Shown one piece after another: positions 8,822 to 18,306 of a DNA stretch of 24,040 bases (position 1 is the stretch's first letter; every line of letters begins with the position of its first letter). The DNA comes from a virus. Its lineage: Duplodnaviria > Heunggongvirae > Uroviricota > Caudoviricetes. The DNA is taken from positions 1 to 24,040 of the IMG/VR virus record IMGVR_UViG_2740892439_000001. One strand, given 5' to 3'. Under the pieces are notes generated by a model, which saw nothing but the letters and a program-made list of their open reading frames with translations, searched no databases and had not been told where the DNA came from. A program made the translations under genes and the position numbers.

Positions 8822-9194
8822 TTTTCGGCGCGACTTTCCACAGTTTGCTGACCCTGCCAAATATCCCGAAGCACAAATCCAGTTTCGTCTGAATCTGGCT
8901 GATGTGCTGCTGAGCGAAAACGTCACCGGCAAAGAGTTGTTTCCGTACTTTGTCGAGTTGTTCGTGGCTCACTACATGACGCTCTGGGCGGCAGATAGCC
9001 GGGCAATGCTCGTCGGCGGCCCGGGTGGCTCAACCAATGGTGTTCAGTCCTCCAAGTCCGTTGACAAGGTAAGCGTCAGCTATGACACCAGCGCGACGCT
9101 AAACCCTGACGCAGGCTTCTGGAATAACACCCGATATGGCGCTGAATTTTATCAGCTGATCACGATGTTCGGTGCGGGCGGTCGCCAGCTATGA
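8787..9194 (+). CDS. Head-tail connector-like protein (DUF4054-like)
   Basis: Likely start at ATG 8787 ([33 protein letters not shown]...); the track ORF begins upstream at 8751. Confidence 0.55.
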   Translation: MPKNQSLPTVSDFRRDFPQFADPAKYPEAQIQFRLNLADVLLSENVTGKELFPYFVELFVAHYMTLWAADSRAMLVGGPGGSTNGVQSSKSVDKVSVSYDTSATLNPDAGFWNNTRYGAEFYQLITMFGAGGRQL

Positions 9195-9778
9195 GTTTCA
9201 AAAGTGGTGTAACAACGAGGGTTGATAACGCTCAGGCCATTCTGGATGCGCTCCGGTCGCTAACCAAAAAGGATGTGCTGGTGGGCATCCCGGAAGAAGA
9301 CAGCGAGCGTGAGGATGTTCCGTTTGGTAATGCGGGGATCGGCTACGTCAATGAATACGGCTCACCGGCGCAAAATATCCCCCCACGCCCGCACCTGATC
9401 CCCGGCGTTAAATCGGTAGAGGAACAGACAGTGCCGCAGCTTAAAGCAGCGGCGCAGGCTGCGCTTGATGGTAATGCGGCGGGTGCAGAAAGAGCGCTAA
9501 ACCGCGCCGGAACGCTGGCCGCCAATGGCGTCAGGCGTTACATGACTATTACCGGCTTTACACCGCTTGCTGATAGCACCGTTGAAGCCCGCGCGCGTCG
9601 AGGTCGCAAAGGGGCGAAAGCTGAGTTAGCACGCAGATCGGCAGACGGAAAGCTTAATGCTATCAACCCAGATTCTGGTCAATTGATAAGCAATGAGAAT
9701 GTAAGGCCGTTGATTGATACCGGACAATACCGCAGAGCCATTACCCATGTTGTGAGGGATAAAGATGCCGACTCTTGA
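9191..9778 (+). CDS. Virion morphogenesis / head-tail joining protein
   Basis: 195 aa; ATGA stop-start overlap with the preceding gene; C-terminal [15 protein letters not shown] resembles the conserved end of HK97 gp10-like proteins (from memory). Confidence 0.5.
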   Translation: MSFKSGVTTRVDNAQAILDALRSLTKKDVLVGIPEEDSEREDVPFGNAGIGYVNEYGSPAQNIPPRPHLIPGVKSVEEQTVPQLKAAAQAALDGNAAGAERALNRAGTLAANGVRRYMTITGFTPLADSTVEARARRGRKGAKAELARRSADGKLNAINPDSGQLISNENVRPLIDTGQYRRAITHVVRDKDADS

Positions 9779-10154
9779 TGTAACAGACGTGCTTTTTGAC
9801 CCCGATTTTTGCGACTTCAACCTGTGGGTAACGCGTCGCGCGCAAACGGTGGACGATGACGGGATCGGCAGCGACAGCGAAGTTAAAACGCAGTTTGCCG
9901 GGGTTGTTACTGTTGACCGCTCCCTGGAAAACCGCCGCATGCAGGCCGGGCAGGTTATCAGCGGCGCGATTCTCATCGTGACAACTGAGCGGCTGACGCA
10001 GGGACAGACTGGTCGTGATGCCGATATCGTGACGTATCAGGGCCGTGATTATCGTGTGACCTTCGTCGACCCGTATACAGCTTATGGGGCCGGATTCGTT
10101 CAGGCGCATTGTGAGTTGATGCCGTTTGATGGGGGAACTCCGGTTGAGCAATAA
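9765..10154 (+). CDS. Head-tail joining / tail completion-like protein
   Basis: 129 aa ORF coupled to neighbours in the structural module. Confidence 0.5.
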   Translation: MPTLDVTDVLFDPDFCDFNLWVTRRAQTVDDDGIGSDSEVKTQFAGVVTVDRSLENRRMQAGQVISGAILIVTTERLTQGQTGRDADIVTYQGRDYRVTFVDPYTAYGAGFVQAHCELMPFDGGTPVEQ

Positions 10155-10692
10155 CACCAGTACAGAGCGCGGATGGTTAATACCAACCAGTGGCGATCTG
10201 GATTATGACGAAGCGCTCGACAGGCTGTTAAGCCAGTGGATGCGTAACGTTTCCGGTCTGTCTGCCGGGATGGTTCGCCCGCGCTGGCAGAAAGAGCAGC
10301 CGCCACTGCTACCGGCTGAAACGAACTGGTGTGCGTTTGGGGTTATCGGATGGTCAGGTGATGACAGTCCGGCATTCACCAGACAGACCGATGATGGCTC
10401 TAAGCTCTGGCGGCATGAAACGATTGAGTGTATGGCTTCGTTTTATGGTCCGGCGGGGATGGTGTATGCGTCCCGGTTTCGTGACGGTATATCTGTACCG
10501 CAGAACAATGCAGCACTGAATGCGCTGGGGCTGTCTCTTGGCGATTACACAGGTCTGACCCCCTTCCCTGAACTTATTAATCAGCAATGGGTCCGCCGCT
10601 ACGATATGACGGTGCGCCTGCGCCGGAAGGTTGTGCGCGAGTACGGTATTAAATCGCTGGTGGAAGCACCAGTCATCTTTTTCGGAGATTAA
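10126..10692 (+). CDS. Tail-associated structural protein (hypothetical)
   Basis: 188 aa ORF immediately upstream of the sheath gene; start uncertain. Confidence 0.45.
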   Translation: MMGELRLSNNTSTERGWLIPTSGDLDYDEALDRLLSQWMRNVSGLSAGMVRPRWQKEQPPLLPAETNWCAFGVIGWSGDDSPAFTRQTDDGSKLWRHETIECMASFYGPAGMVYASRFRDGISVPQNNAALNALGLSLGDYTGLTPFPELINQQWVRRYDMTVRLRRKVVREYGIKSLVEAPVIFFGD

Positions 10693-10695
10693 GCT

Positions 10696-11841
10696 ATGGC
10701 ACAGGGCTTGCCTGTATCAAACGTTGTTAATGTTGATGTGATCATGTCGCCGCGTGCAGCATCAGGGCGAAATTTTGGTGCATTACTCATTCTCGGCCCG
10801 TCCACAATCATTCCGGTAAGTGAGCGCATTCGCCGTTATTCTGCCGCGGAAGATATTGGAAAAGATTTTGGCGTGGAATCACCAGAATATAAGGCTGCGC
10901 AGGTGTTTTTCTCACAATCACCGAAACCTCAGGAGGTTTTTGTTGGTCGTTGGGTGAAAACGAAGGGTGACAGCGAACAGGCCACGCCTGAGACGCTGGA
11001 GCAGGCTGTGAATGCCATGCTCGATTATACTTCATGGTATGGGCTGGGGATTGCAGACGATGAAGATATTCCGGATGCAGACTGGCTGAAAGTGGCTGCG
11101 GCGATCGAATCCTCTTCTGTAAGCCGTATTCTGGCGATTACGACAAGCGATGAGAAATGCCTGCAGACTGCATCCAGCGATGATTTGGCATCAAAACTGA
11201 AAACCGCCGGATATTCACGCAGTTTTATTCAGTATTCATCGGGTAATAAATACGCTGCGTTATCTGCATTTGGCCGGGTATTCACGGTTAATTTCAATGG
11301 CAGTAATACCGCGATTACGCTCAAGTTTAAGCAGGAGCCGGGTGTCGGGTATGAAACACTGACAGTCAGCCAGGCATCGGCACTTGATGCAAAAAACTGC
11401 AATGTATTCGTGTACTACCAGAATGATACGGCTATCCTCCAGCAGGGAGTGATGGCTAACGGCGATTTCTTTGATGAACGCCACGGCCTGGACTGGTTAC
11501 AGAATTATGTGCAGACCAACCTCTATAACCTGCTTTATACCAGCACCACGAAAGTTCCCCAGACTGAAGCCGGTATTACCCGACTGTTATCAAATGTTGA
11601 AAAATCACTGGATCAGGCCGTTCAGAATGGACTGATTGCTCCGGGCGTATGGAACGGGGGCGACCTTGGTCAGTTGTCATCAGGTGACACACTGCCCAAA
11701 GGTTATTACGTATACGCCCAGCCGCTGGATGAACAGGCACAATCAGAACGTGAAGCCCGTAAGGCTCCGGTGATTCAGGCTGCAATAAAACTTGCAGGCG
11801 CGGTTCATTACGCTGACGTACAGATTAACGTTGTTCGCTAA
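10696..11841 (+). CDS. Tail sheath protein (DUF3383-like)
   Basis: 381 aa; placed directly before the tube and chaperone genes as in contractile tails. Confidence 0.65.
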   Translation: MAQGLPVSNVVNVDVIMSPRAASGRNFGALLILGPSTIIPVSERIRRYSAAEDIGKDFGVESPEYKAAQVFFSQSPKPQEVFVGRWVKTKGDSEQATPETLEQAVNAMLDYTSWYGLGIADDEDIPDADWLKVAAAIESSSVSRILAITTSDEKCLQTASSDDLASKLKTAGYSRSFIQYSSGNKYAALSAFGRVFTVNFNGSNTAITLKFKQEPGVGYETLTVSQASALDAKNCNVFVYYQNDTAILQQGVMANGDFFDERHGLDWLQNYVQTNLYNLLYTSTTKVPQTEAGITRLLSNVEKSLDQAVQNGLIAPGVWNGGDLGQLSSGDTLPKGYYVYAQPLDEQAQSEREARKAPVIQAAIKLAGAVHYADVQINVVR

Positions 11842-11851
11842 GGGGAAGTGA

Positions 11852-12292
11852 ATGTCTACCTATTCTTTTATGGATGTCACTGCGACGCTGACCGGCCCGA
11901 CCGGTTCGATTGACCTCGGGTACGGTTCTGCAAGTTCTGAAGAGGGGATTGTGGTTGCGATGGGCGGTCCTAAAAACACCATGACCATCGGTGCTGATGG
12001 TGAAGTGATGCACAGCCTCCATGCAGATAAAAGCGGGACGATTACCGTTAACCTTCTGAAGACATCACCGACAAATAAAAAATTGTCGCTGGCGTATAAC
12101 GCACAGAGCCAGTCTTCTGCCACATGGGGGAATAACGTTATCGTGATCCGCAACAAGGTCAGCGGCGACATCATCACGGCACGCAGTGTTGCGTTCCAGA
12201 AACAACCGGATAATGCCAACGCTAAAACCGGTAATACGATGCCGTGGGTGTTTGACTGCGGCAAGATTGACCAGGTTCTCGGGGAGTTTTAA
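11852..12292 (+). CDS. Tail tube protein (DUF3277-like)
   Basis: 146 aa between sheath and chaperone. Confidence 0.6.
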   Translation: MSTYSFMDVTATLTGPTGSIDLGYGSASSEEGIVVAMGGPKNTMTIGADGEVMHSLHADKSGTITVNLLKTSPTNKKLSLAYNAQSQSSATWGNNVIVIRNKVSGDIITARSVAFQKQPDNANAKTGNTMPWVFDCGKIDQVLGEF

Positions 12293-12295
12293 TAC

Positions 12296-12748
12296 ATGGA
12301 ATTCGAAATCAAAGGCGTGAAATATCGCGTGGCAAAACTCAGCGTTTTTGACCAGCTGAAAGTGACCCGCAAACTTCTGCCGGTACTGGCGGGAATGATG
12401 TCAGATTTCGGGAGCATTCGCTCCCGTTTGCCTGCTGACGGCAAAATCGACACCGTGAAATTCGAGCAGTTAAAACCGGTGTTTGAAACCATGCTCCCGC
12501 GTATCGCTGAGGAACTGTCTTCCCTGACCGAAGATGACACCAGTGCGATTATTCATCCCTGTCTTGCGGTGGTATCGCGGCGTCATATGGACGGATGGGT
12601 TCCGGTATTTACCCAGGGCGAACTGATGTTTGATGATATTGACTTGCTGGTCATGCTGCATCTGGTGGCGCGGGTGGTCGCCGATTCGCTGGGAAATTTT
12701 TTGCCTACACCCCTTACCAGCACGACGCAGAGCCTGCAACAGGGCTGA
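12296..12748 (+). CDS. Tail assembly chaperone (gpG-like, zero-frame product)
   Basis: 150 aa; immediately upstream of the tape measure gene; contains the slippery site near its 3' end. Confidence 0.7.
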   Translation: MEFEIKGVKYRVAKLSVFDQLKVTRKLLPVLAGMMSDFGSIRSRLPADGKIDTVKFEQLKPVFETMLPRIAEELSSLTEDDTSAIIHPCLAVVSRRHMDGWVPVFTQGELMFDDIDLLVMLHLVARVVADSLGNFLPTPLTSTTQSLQQG

Positions 12749-12936
12749 CGTTTAACAGCCTGCCGGACGGGCTGTCTTACCTTCTCAATCCGGTTGACGC
12801 CGGGTTAATTCCTTATACAGCACTTAAAGATGGCTCTGTCGATTTGTACGACATTGCTCTCTTGAATGACCATCTGGCGGTAAAAGCGGATAACCAGCGG
12901 CGCATTGAGAAATGGAGAGAGGATAATGAACGCTGA
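12296..12936 (+). CDS. Tail assembly chaperone frameshift product (gpGT-like), made by -1 ribosomal frameshift at 12691-12703
   Basis: After a -1 slip, the frame is open for 79 codons from 12697 to the tga at 12934-12936, exactly filling the apparent 178-nt gap before the tape measure ATG at 12926. Confidence 0.65.
12691..12703 (+). promoter_or_regulatory. Programmed -1 frameshift slippery sequence G_GGA_AAT followed by T_TTT_TTG
   Basis: In the chaperone frame the codons are ctG GGA AAT TTT TTG; both overlapping heptamers fit the X_XXY_YYZ pattern. Confidence 0.6.
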
Positions 12937-14911
12937 AACTATTAAAGATTTCCTCGTCTCGCTTGGCTTCAGTGTGGATGATGCTGGAGCAAAAAAATTC
13001 GGTTCTGTCCTCGCCGGTACAACTGCAAATGTCATCAAAATGGGACTGGCCGTTGAAGGAGCTGCACTGTCCGTGGTGGCCTTTACGGCTAAGATTGCCT
13101 CCGGCCTGGATAATCTTTACTGGGCGTCACAGCGCACTGGCGCGACAGTACAGGGAATTCAGTCTATTGGCTATGCGGTTTCGCAGGTTGGCGGCAGCGT
13201 GGACGCTGCGCGATCTTCTCTGGAAAGTCTCTCCCGGTTTATTCGTAACAATCCCGGGGCAGAGGGATTTCTGAATCGCCTGGGGGTACAGACACGGGAT
13301 GCCAGCGGCAACATGCGCGACATGGCCGCTATCTTTACGGGTGTCGGACAGAAGCTCAGCAGCATGCCGTATTACCGGGCTAACCAGTATGCGCAGATGC
13401 TGGGCATTGACGAAAATACCTCATGCGATGCGCCGGGGTGTGGGTGATTTCTCCGGGCAGTACAGCGCAATGGCGAAAGCTATCGGCTTCAATGCTGACG
13501 AGGCGGCCAGAAGCTCCAACAAATTCATGACCTCCCTGCGCGAGTTCGGCGCGATGGCAGGCATGGCCCGTGACAAAATCGGCTCTAATCTTGCTGGTGG
13601 TCTGGCGGGTTCGCTGGACACACTGCGCCGCCACATCCTCGATAACTTCCCGCGCATCGAGCAGACCCTGACGAAAGCCATAAAAGGCATTCTGGCGCTC
13701 GGAGACATCATCGGGCGGCTGTTCTTCAGGCTAATTGAGGGAACATCCAGCCTTATCACCTGGTGGCAATCGCTGGATAAGCAAACGCGGGAGCTCATCT
13801 CGCTGTTTGGCGCGCTGACGATTGCGCTGCGCATTCTGAACAGTACGTTCTGGATGTCGCCGATTGGCCTCATTACCGCGCTGGCGGCGGGGATTGCCCT
13901 TCTGTGGGAGGACTATCAGACCTGGAAGGAAGGCGGCGACAGCCTGATTGACTGGGGCAAGTGGAAGCCGGAGGTCGATGCCGCGCTGAAGATGGTTCGT
14001 GGCCTGAAAGGGTCTGTTAATGAACTGGCGAAAGCGCTGGCGAAACTGCTCAATATTGACCCCAAATCATGGTCCCTGAAGTGGGATTTCAGCAACTTCA
14101 TCGACCAGATGGGCGAATTCAGCAAAATGCTGAACATGATCGCCGACCTGCTCAACGCTATCAAAGATGGCCGCTGGGCTGATGCCGTCAGCATCGGCAA
14201 ACAGATACTTAATCAGGCAGCGAAAATCCGTCAGCGATGCCGATGGTTACAGACAGCGCTAACAGTACTGCCGACTGGATTAAAGAGCACTGGGGATTCG
14301 ATCCCCGCAGTGTGGGCCGGACGGTACGCGGCTGGTTTGGTGATGATGAGCCGGAACAATATGCACAGGCTACGAAACGAGGAGAACGGAATAACAATCC
14401 GGGAAACCTTAATTTTGCTGGTCAGGCAGGGGCTTCTCTTGAACGCCCGGGCGGGCGATTTGCCAGATTTGAAACTGCTTTTGATGGATTACGGGCTCTT
14501 GCTCGTCAGTTAATGCTGTACGCCGGACGGGGAATAAACAGTGTGGAGAAAATTATCTCTACCTGGGCACCTGCGTCTGATAATAACAACACAACTGCGT
14601 ATATCAGGGCTGTATCGCAACGACTGGGAGTGGATCCCCGGGCTGCCCTGAATATGAGCGATCCGCAAACCATGTCAGCATTGATGAGCAGCATTATCCA
14701 GCATGAAAATGGAAGAAATATCTATTCTCGAGAGCTGATTAATAAGGCTGCCGTGGCGGGAATTAGTGGCAAAATGACAGAGGTTAACCAGCAAAATACT
14801 TACCACATTTACGGTGGCGGAGATCCGCACGCTGTCGGTAATGAGGTTGCACGTCGGCAACAGTCTGCAAATGCTCAGGTCATGCGAAGTAATCAGGTGA
14901 GGGTGGGTTAG
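12926..14911 (+). CDS. Tail tape measure protein, split over three frames by two apparent 1-nt indels (near 13433-13438 and 14213-14237)
   Basis: ORFs 12926-13447 (frame 2), about 13437-14513 (frame 0) and 14237-14911 (frame 2) are contiguous. The middle part has hydrophobic segments and a coiled-coil-like feel typical of tape measure proteins. The junctions give continuous protein if one g is removed from ccgggg and one base is added near 14230. Confidence 0.75.
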
Positions 14912-15498
14912 TGGATATTCTCTCTACACTTTTTCATCAGCAGAGCAGAAAAATAGGAATGATTGTTCCCAGTGTTGTTATTTCAGAGAAGCATACAGAT
15001 ATGCTTGAAATAACAGAGCATCCGGTAGAGGTCGGGGCCGCTGTCGCTGATCATGCCTATAAAAAACCGTCAGAAGTGGTGATGGAGGTTGGTTTCGCCG
15101 GTGGCGGCGCATTGCTGGATTTTGCCAGTAATCTGACGGCTACCAGCCTGCTCGGCCTGAGTCCTCAGCAGACGTATCAGGAGCTACTGGATCTGCAGGA
15201 AAGCCGTATCCCCTTCGATGTGGTAACCGGTAAACGACTGTACAGCAACATGTTGATCCGGGCGCTGGAAGTGACGACGGACAAGACAACCGAAAACGTC
15301 CTGTCCGCCGTCCTCACCCTGAGGGAGGTCCTTATCTCCCGGACACAGCAGATTACCGTCGCGGATAAAACCAACATGAAGGAAGGGGCCAGCACGTCGG
15401 CGGTACAGAACAGCGGCAACAAAACCACAAAGCCTCCAGATACTTCACTGCTGAAAAGCATCACGGGTAACGTGGCGTCATTACTGGGGGGCGGCTAA
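14911..15498 (+). CDS. Tail/baseplate assembly protein (hypothetical)
   Basis: 195 aa; GTG start overlaps the tape measure stop (TAGTG). Confidence 0.5.
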   Translation: MDILSTLFHQQSRKIGMIVPSVVISEKHTDMLEITEHPVEVGAAVADHAYKKPSEVVMEVGFAGGGALLDFASNLTATSLLGLSPQQTYQELLDLQESRIPFDVVTGKRLYSNMLIRALEVTTDKTTENVLSAVLTLREVLISRTQQITVADKTNMKEGASTSAVQNSGNKTTKPPDTSLLKSITGNVASLLGGG

Positions 15499-15800
15499 TG
15501 ACAATTCAGGAAATTCCGCTGACAGCGGACAACCAGCAGTTCAGCATCGTCTTAGGTGGTGTTACCTGGCGGATTAGCATCATATGGCGCGATCTTTACT
15601 GGATTATGGACCTGCAGAACGACAGAGGGGAGCCGGTAATCTCCGGTATTCCTCTCGTCACTGGCGCTGATCTGCTGGCGCAGTACGCCTGTATGGGGCT
15701 TGGTTTTAAGCTGGTGGTGGTCTGCGATGACAACACACAGGATTATCCCTCGAAAACTGATCTGGGTGGCCGCAGTCATTTACTGGTATCAACGGAGTAA
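15498..15800 (+). CDS. Small tail/baseplate protein (hypothetical)
   Basis: 100 aa; TAATG coupling. Confidence 0.5.
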   Translation: MTIQEIPLTADNQQFSIVLGGVTWRISIIWRDLYWIMDLQNDRGEPVISGIPLVTGADLLAQYACMGLGFKLVVVCDDNTQDYPSKTDLGGRSHLLVSTE

Positions 15801-15802
15801 GC

Positions 15803-16867
15803 ATGTCACAGAACTGGATGAGACATTTCGAGCTGCAGCTTGTGGACGGGAACGGTCAGGGAATTGAGCTAAGTGATTTCAAAGTCACCTTTACGATCGA
15901 CTGGTTCAACATCAGCAGCGCGTCCCGGGTAGGGACTATCAAAATTTATAACCTCTCGGCAGATACTGTGAACCGAATCACCGGGAAGGAATTTTCGAAA
16001 GTGCGGCTGATTGCCGGTTACGACGGTATCGCGCCGGAGGTGGCGGCAAGCGACGTCGGGACCGTGCGCGAAGTCGACGCGGCAGATGTGGGCCAGAGTG
16101 ATGGCCGCAACTACGGGCTGATTTTCAGCGGAGAAATTCGCTACTCGGTCACAGGAAAAGACAGCCCTATTGATTCCTATGTCCTGATTCAGGCAGCAGA
16201 TACGGATCTGGCATTTGCCACCAGTATAACCTCACAGACGCTGGCTGCCGGTTACACGGTCGCTGATGTGAACCGTGCGCTGATGAAAGACTTCGAAGCC
16301 AAAGGCGCGACCGAAGGCCTGACGCCTGAAATGCCTGCTACTGTATTCCCCCGGGGGCGGGTGCTCTTTGGCATGACGCGGCATCTTATGGATAACGTAG
16401 CCGGGCAATGTGGCGCAACATGGCAATTCGTGGACGGTCAACGCCAGATGGTGGCGAATAACGAATATGTTCATGAAGCGATTGTGCTCAACAGCGCCAC
16501 CGGGCTTATCGGCATGCCGCAGCAGACTATCGGCAACGGCGTAAACGTCCGCGCGCTTATTAATCCGAACATCCGGGTTAATGGGCTCATTCAACTGGAT
16601 CAGGCTTCCGTATATCGCACCGCGTTGTCGAACAACGATATTGCGATGGCTGGTGGGCAGATCACCGACCAGAACACGGACGGAAATATCACGCTAAGCG
16701 GCACCACAGCACAACCTGCCAGCATCGCAACGGATGGCGTTTATATTGTGCGCGGGATTATGTACACTGGCGATACAAGGGGCCAGGCGTGGTACATGGA
16801 TATGATGTGCGAAGCGCGTGGCGCGGCGGATCTTCAAAGTCAAGGAGCAATGAATCGGTGGGGATAA
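15803..16867 (+). CDS. Baseplate hub-like protein
   Basis: 354 aa; position between the tape-measure-distal genes and the central spike. Confidence 0.5.
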   Translation: MSQNWMRHFELQLVDGNGQGIELSDFKVTFTIDWFNISSASRVGTIKIYNLSADTVNRITGKEFSKVRLIAGYDGIAPEVAASDVGTVREVDAADVGQSDGRNYGLIFSGEIRYSVTGKDSPIDSYVLIQAADTDLAFATSITSQTLAAGYTVADVNRALMKDFEAKGATEGLTPEMPATVFPRGRVLFGMTRHLMDNVAGQCGATWQFVDGQRQMVANNEYVHEAIVLNSATGLIGMPQQTIGNGVNVRALINPNIRVNGLIQLDQASVYRTALSNNDIAMAGGQITDQNTDGNITLSGTTAQPASIATDGVYIVRGIMYTGDTRGQAWYMDMMCEARGAADLQSQGAMNRWG

Positions 16868-16869
16868 GA

Positions 16870-17400
16870 TTGAATAAGAAAGCCATTTTTATTGCAATAA
16901 GTTTACTTGTTCCGATGTCGGGATTAGCCGCTCCTGGGAAGTATGAAAAAATGGCTGTTGATTTAATGGATCAGCAAAAGTTTACGCAGTGGCAACATTA
17001 CGCCTCTGCTACTCCTTTTTTCGCTATGAATGGTCGCAGATTCGCCATGACCATTGATGATTTCGCGGATATAGTCAGCAACTCCTTTCAAGAATGCGAA
17101 GATCTGGATGCCTACACCAATCGGAAAGGAACTACGGATGATTGTAAGTCCTATGTTTACAAAGGCATAAAGGAGTGGGTAAACCTCTCTCAAGATAAGT
17201 CTGTTAGCGATACAGCATGGAAAATGGGCCAGCGCTATGCTTCAACACACGTAATCCTATTGCCCATAAAAACGCATGGGATTTCAATGGGATGGCGGCC
17301 GGTATTCGCGTTGCTAAATCTCAAGGTTATTAAGTCATGGATGCGCCGAAAATCATCGGATCTTTCCCGTGTAAAAAAGTGGCTGGGCGATGATTTTTGA
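16870..17400 (+). CDS. Accessory secreted protein with N-terminal signal peptide (function unknown)
   Basis: TTG start with a ggtgggga SD 6 nt upstream; N-terminus (M)NKKAIFIAISLLVPMSGLAAPG is a typical Sec signal; mature part has two Cys; about 33 percent GC in the first 60 nt versus about 70 percent in sampled structural-gene sequence. Confidence 0.55.
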   Translation: MNKKAIFIAISLLVPMSGLAAPGKYEKMAVDLMDQQKFTQWQHYASATPFFAMNGRRFAMTIDDFADIVSNSFQECEDLDAYTNRKGTTDDCKSYVYKGIKEWVNLSQDKSVSDTAWKMGQRYASTHVILLPIKTHGISMGWRPVFALLNLKVIKSWMRRKSSDLSRVKKWLGDDF

Positions 17401-17558
17401 CGTCCATAATATTATGGATGAACTGTTGCCAATTGCGCTAATTTTAACAAAATAATACTGGTTAACGCATTTTTTGAACCATCTGTACACAGTAGTTGTC
17501 TATACTTTACCTTAAAGGTAAACTCTGCGCTCCACTGATGTTCACTATGGGAGGGGAT
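17401..17558 (+). promoter_or_regulatory. AT-rich intergenic region with promoter-like hexamers and two palindromes (17404-17417 and 17506-17522)
   Basis: ccataatattatgg is a perfect 14-bp palindrome; tttacctt-a-aaggtaaa has perfect 8-bp arms. Candidate sigma70 elements: ttgtct (17496-17501), 17-nt spacer, taaact (17519-17524). gggagggg SD precedes the ATG at 17559. Confidence 0.4.
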
Positions 17559-17798
17559 ATGAGGGAAATCGTTAATCGTTACTTAGCCGCTGCCGGTAGT
17601 GTTATGGACATTATGCCGACTACAGATTACTGGCAATATGCTGCTTCTGGATCTGATTGTCGGGCAATAAGAAGTGATGTTAAAGTCATTGCAAGTGACA
17701 TGAACAGAGTTATCAGGTATGAGTTCAAAACCCCGCAAGCAGGCGGCCGTTCTCAAAAAGCGTCAGGAAAACAAAGCGTCGCAAAAAGCCGTTCCTGA
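17559..17798 (+). CDS. Small hypothetical protein (accessory cassette)
   Basis: ATG at 17559 with a strong SD; about 80 aa; the last ~27 codons overlap the next gene and look low-complexity, so the true 3' end is uncertain. Confidence 0.4.
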   Translation: MREIVNRYLAAAGSVMDIMPTTDYWQYAASGSDCRAIRSDVKVIASDMNRVIRYEFKTPQAGGRSQKASGKQSVAKSRS

Positions 17799-18291
17799 TT
17801 CGGATGGTATCGACGAAAATATTGATTCCTCGGAATATGATGAGTCTCAGGAAGTAGTGGAAAAGCTGTCTGCAGTTGCCAACCTTGATCCTGAGCTAAA
17901 ATCGAAGTTAACACCTGAACTTCTTGAGAGAGTTTCTAAGAATCCGAAGGTTATTGCCATGTTTCAGCAGGAGTCTTTTCAGGGACCACTCCCACCTCCT
18001 GCTATGCTCTTACAATATAATCAAATATTACCCGGCGGCGCTGAGAGAATTTTCAGGCTAACCGAAAAAGAGCAAGAGCATAGGCATAAGACGCAAAGCG
18101 ATGCATTACTTGGTGCGGTTTCACGCGACAAACGTGGGCAATGGATGGGATTTTGCATTGCAATGGTAGTGCTTATAATGGCTGCGTTTTTTGCTAATCG
18201 CGGTAACACTTGGTTCGCAGGTACTCTTGCTACTTTAGATCTCGTAGGATTAACTACAGTGTTTGTTTATGGTAGGAAGAAACCTAAATAA
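17719..18291 (+). CDS. DUF2335-like membrane protein (charged N-terminal domain plus two C-terminal transmembrane helices)
   Basis: 190 aa; motif GPLPPPAMLLQYNQILPGGAERIFRLTEKEQEHRH recalled as the DUF2335 signature; hydrophobic stretches WMGFCIAMVVLIMAAFFA and WFAGTLATLDLVGLTTVFVY; followed by a terminator. Confidence 0.6.
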   Translation: MSSKPRKQAAVLKKRQENKASQKAVPDSDGIDENIDSSEYDESQEVVEKLSAVANLDPELKSKLTPELLERVSKNPKVIAMFQQESFQGPLPPPAMLLQYNQILPGGAERIFRLTEKEQEHRHKTQSDALLGAVSRDKRGQWMGFCIAMVVLIMAAFFANRGNTWFAGTLATLDLVGLTTVFVYGRKKPK

Positions 18292-18306
18292 TCCATACAT
18301 CCTTTC

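Noticed and set aside
13421-14200. Minus-strand ORFs (150 aa, 94 aa) inside the tape measure gene
   Set aside because: Antisense shadows of a GC-rich coding region; low-complexity composition.
3323-14240. Frame changes in terL and tape measure as programmed recoding
   Set aside because: No slippery heptamer or stimulatory structure at these sites and no known biology for recoding in these genes; single-base homopolymer indels are the simpler explanation. Only the chaperone site at 12691-12703 has canonical signals.
16789-16869. ATG 16789 as the start of the secreted accessory protein
   Set aside because: It would overlap the hub gene by 79 nt and bury the signal peptide internally; TTG 16870 with an SD places the signal peptide at the N-terminus.
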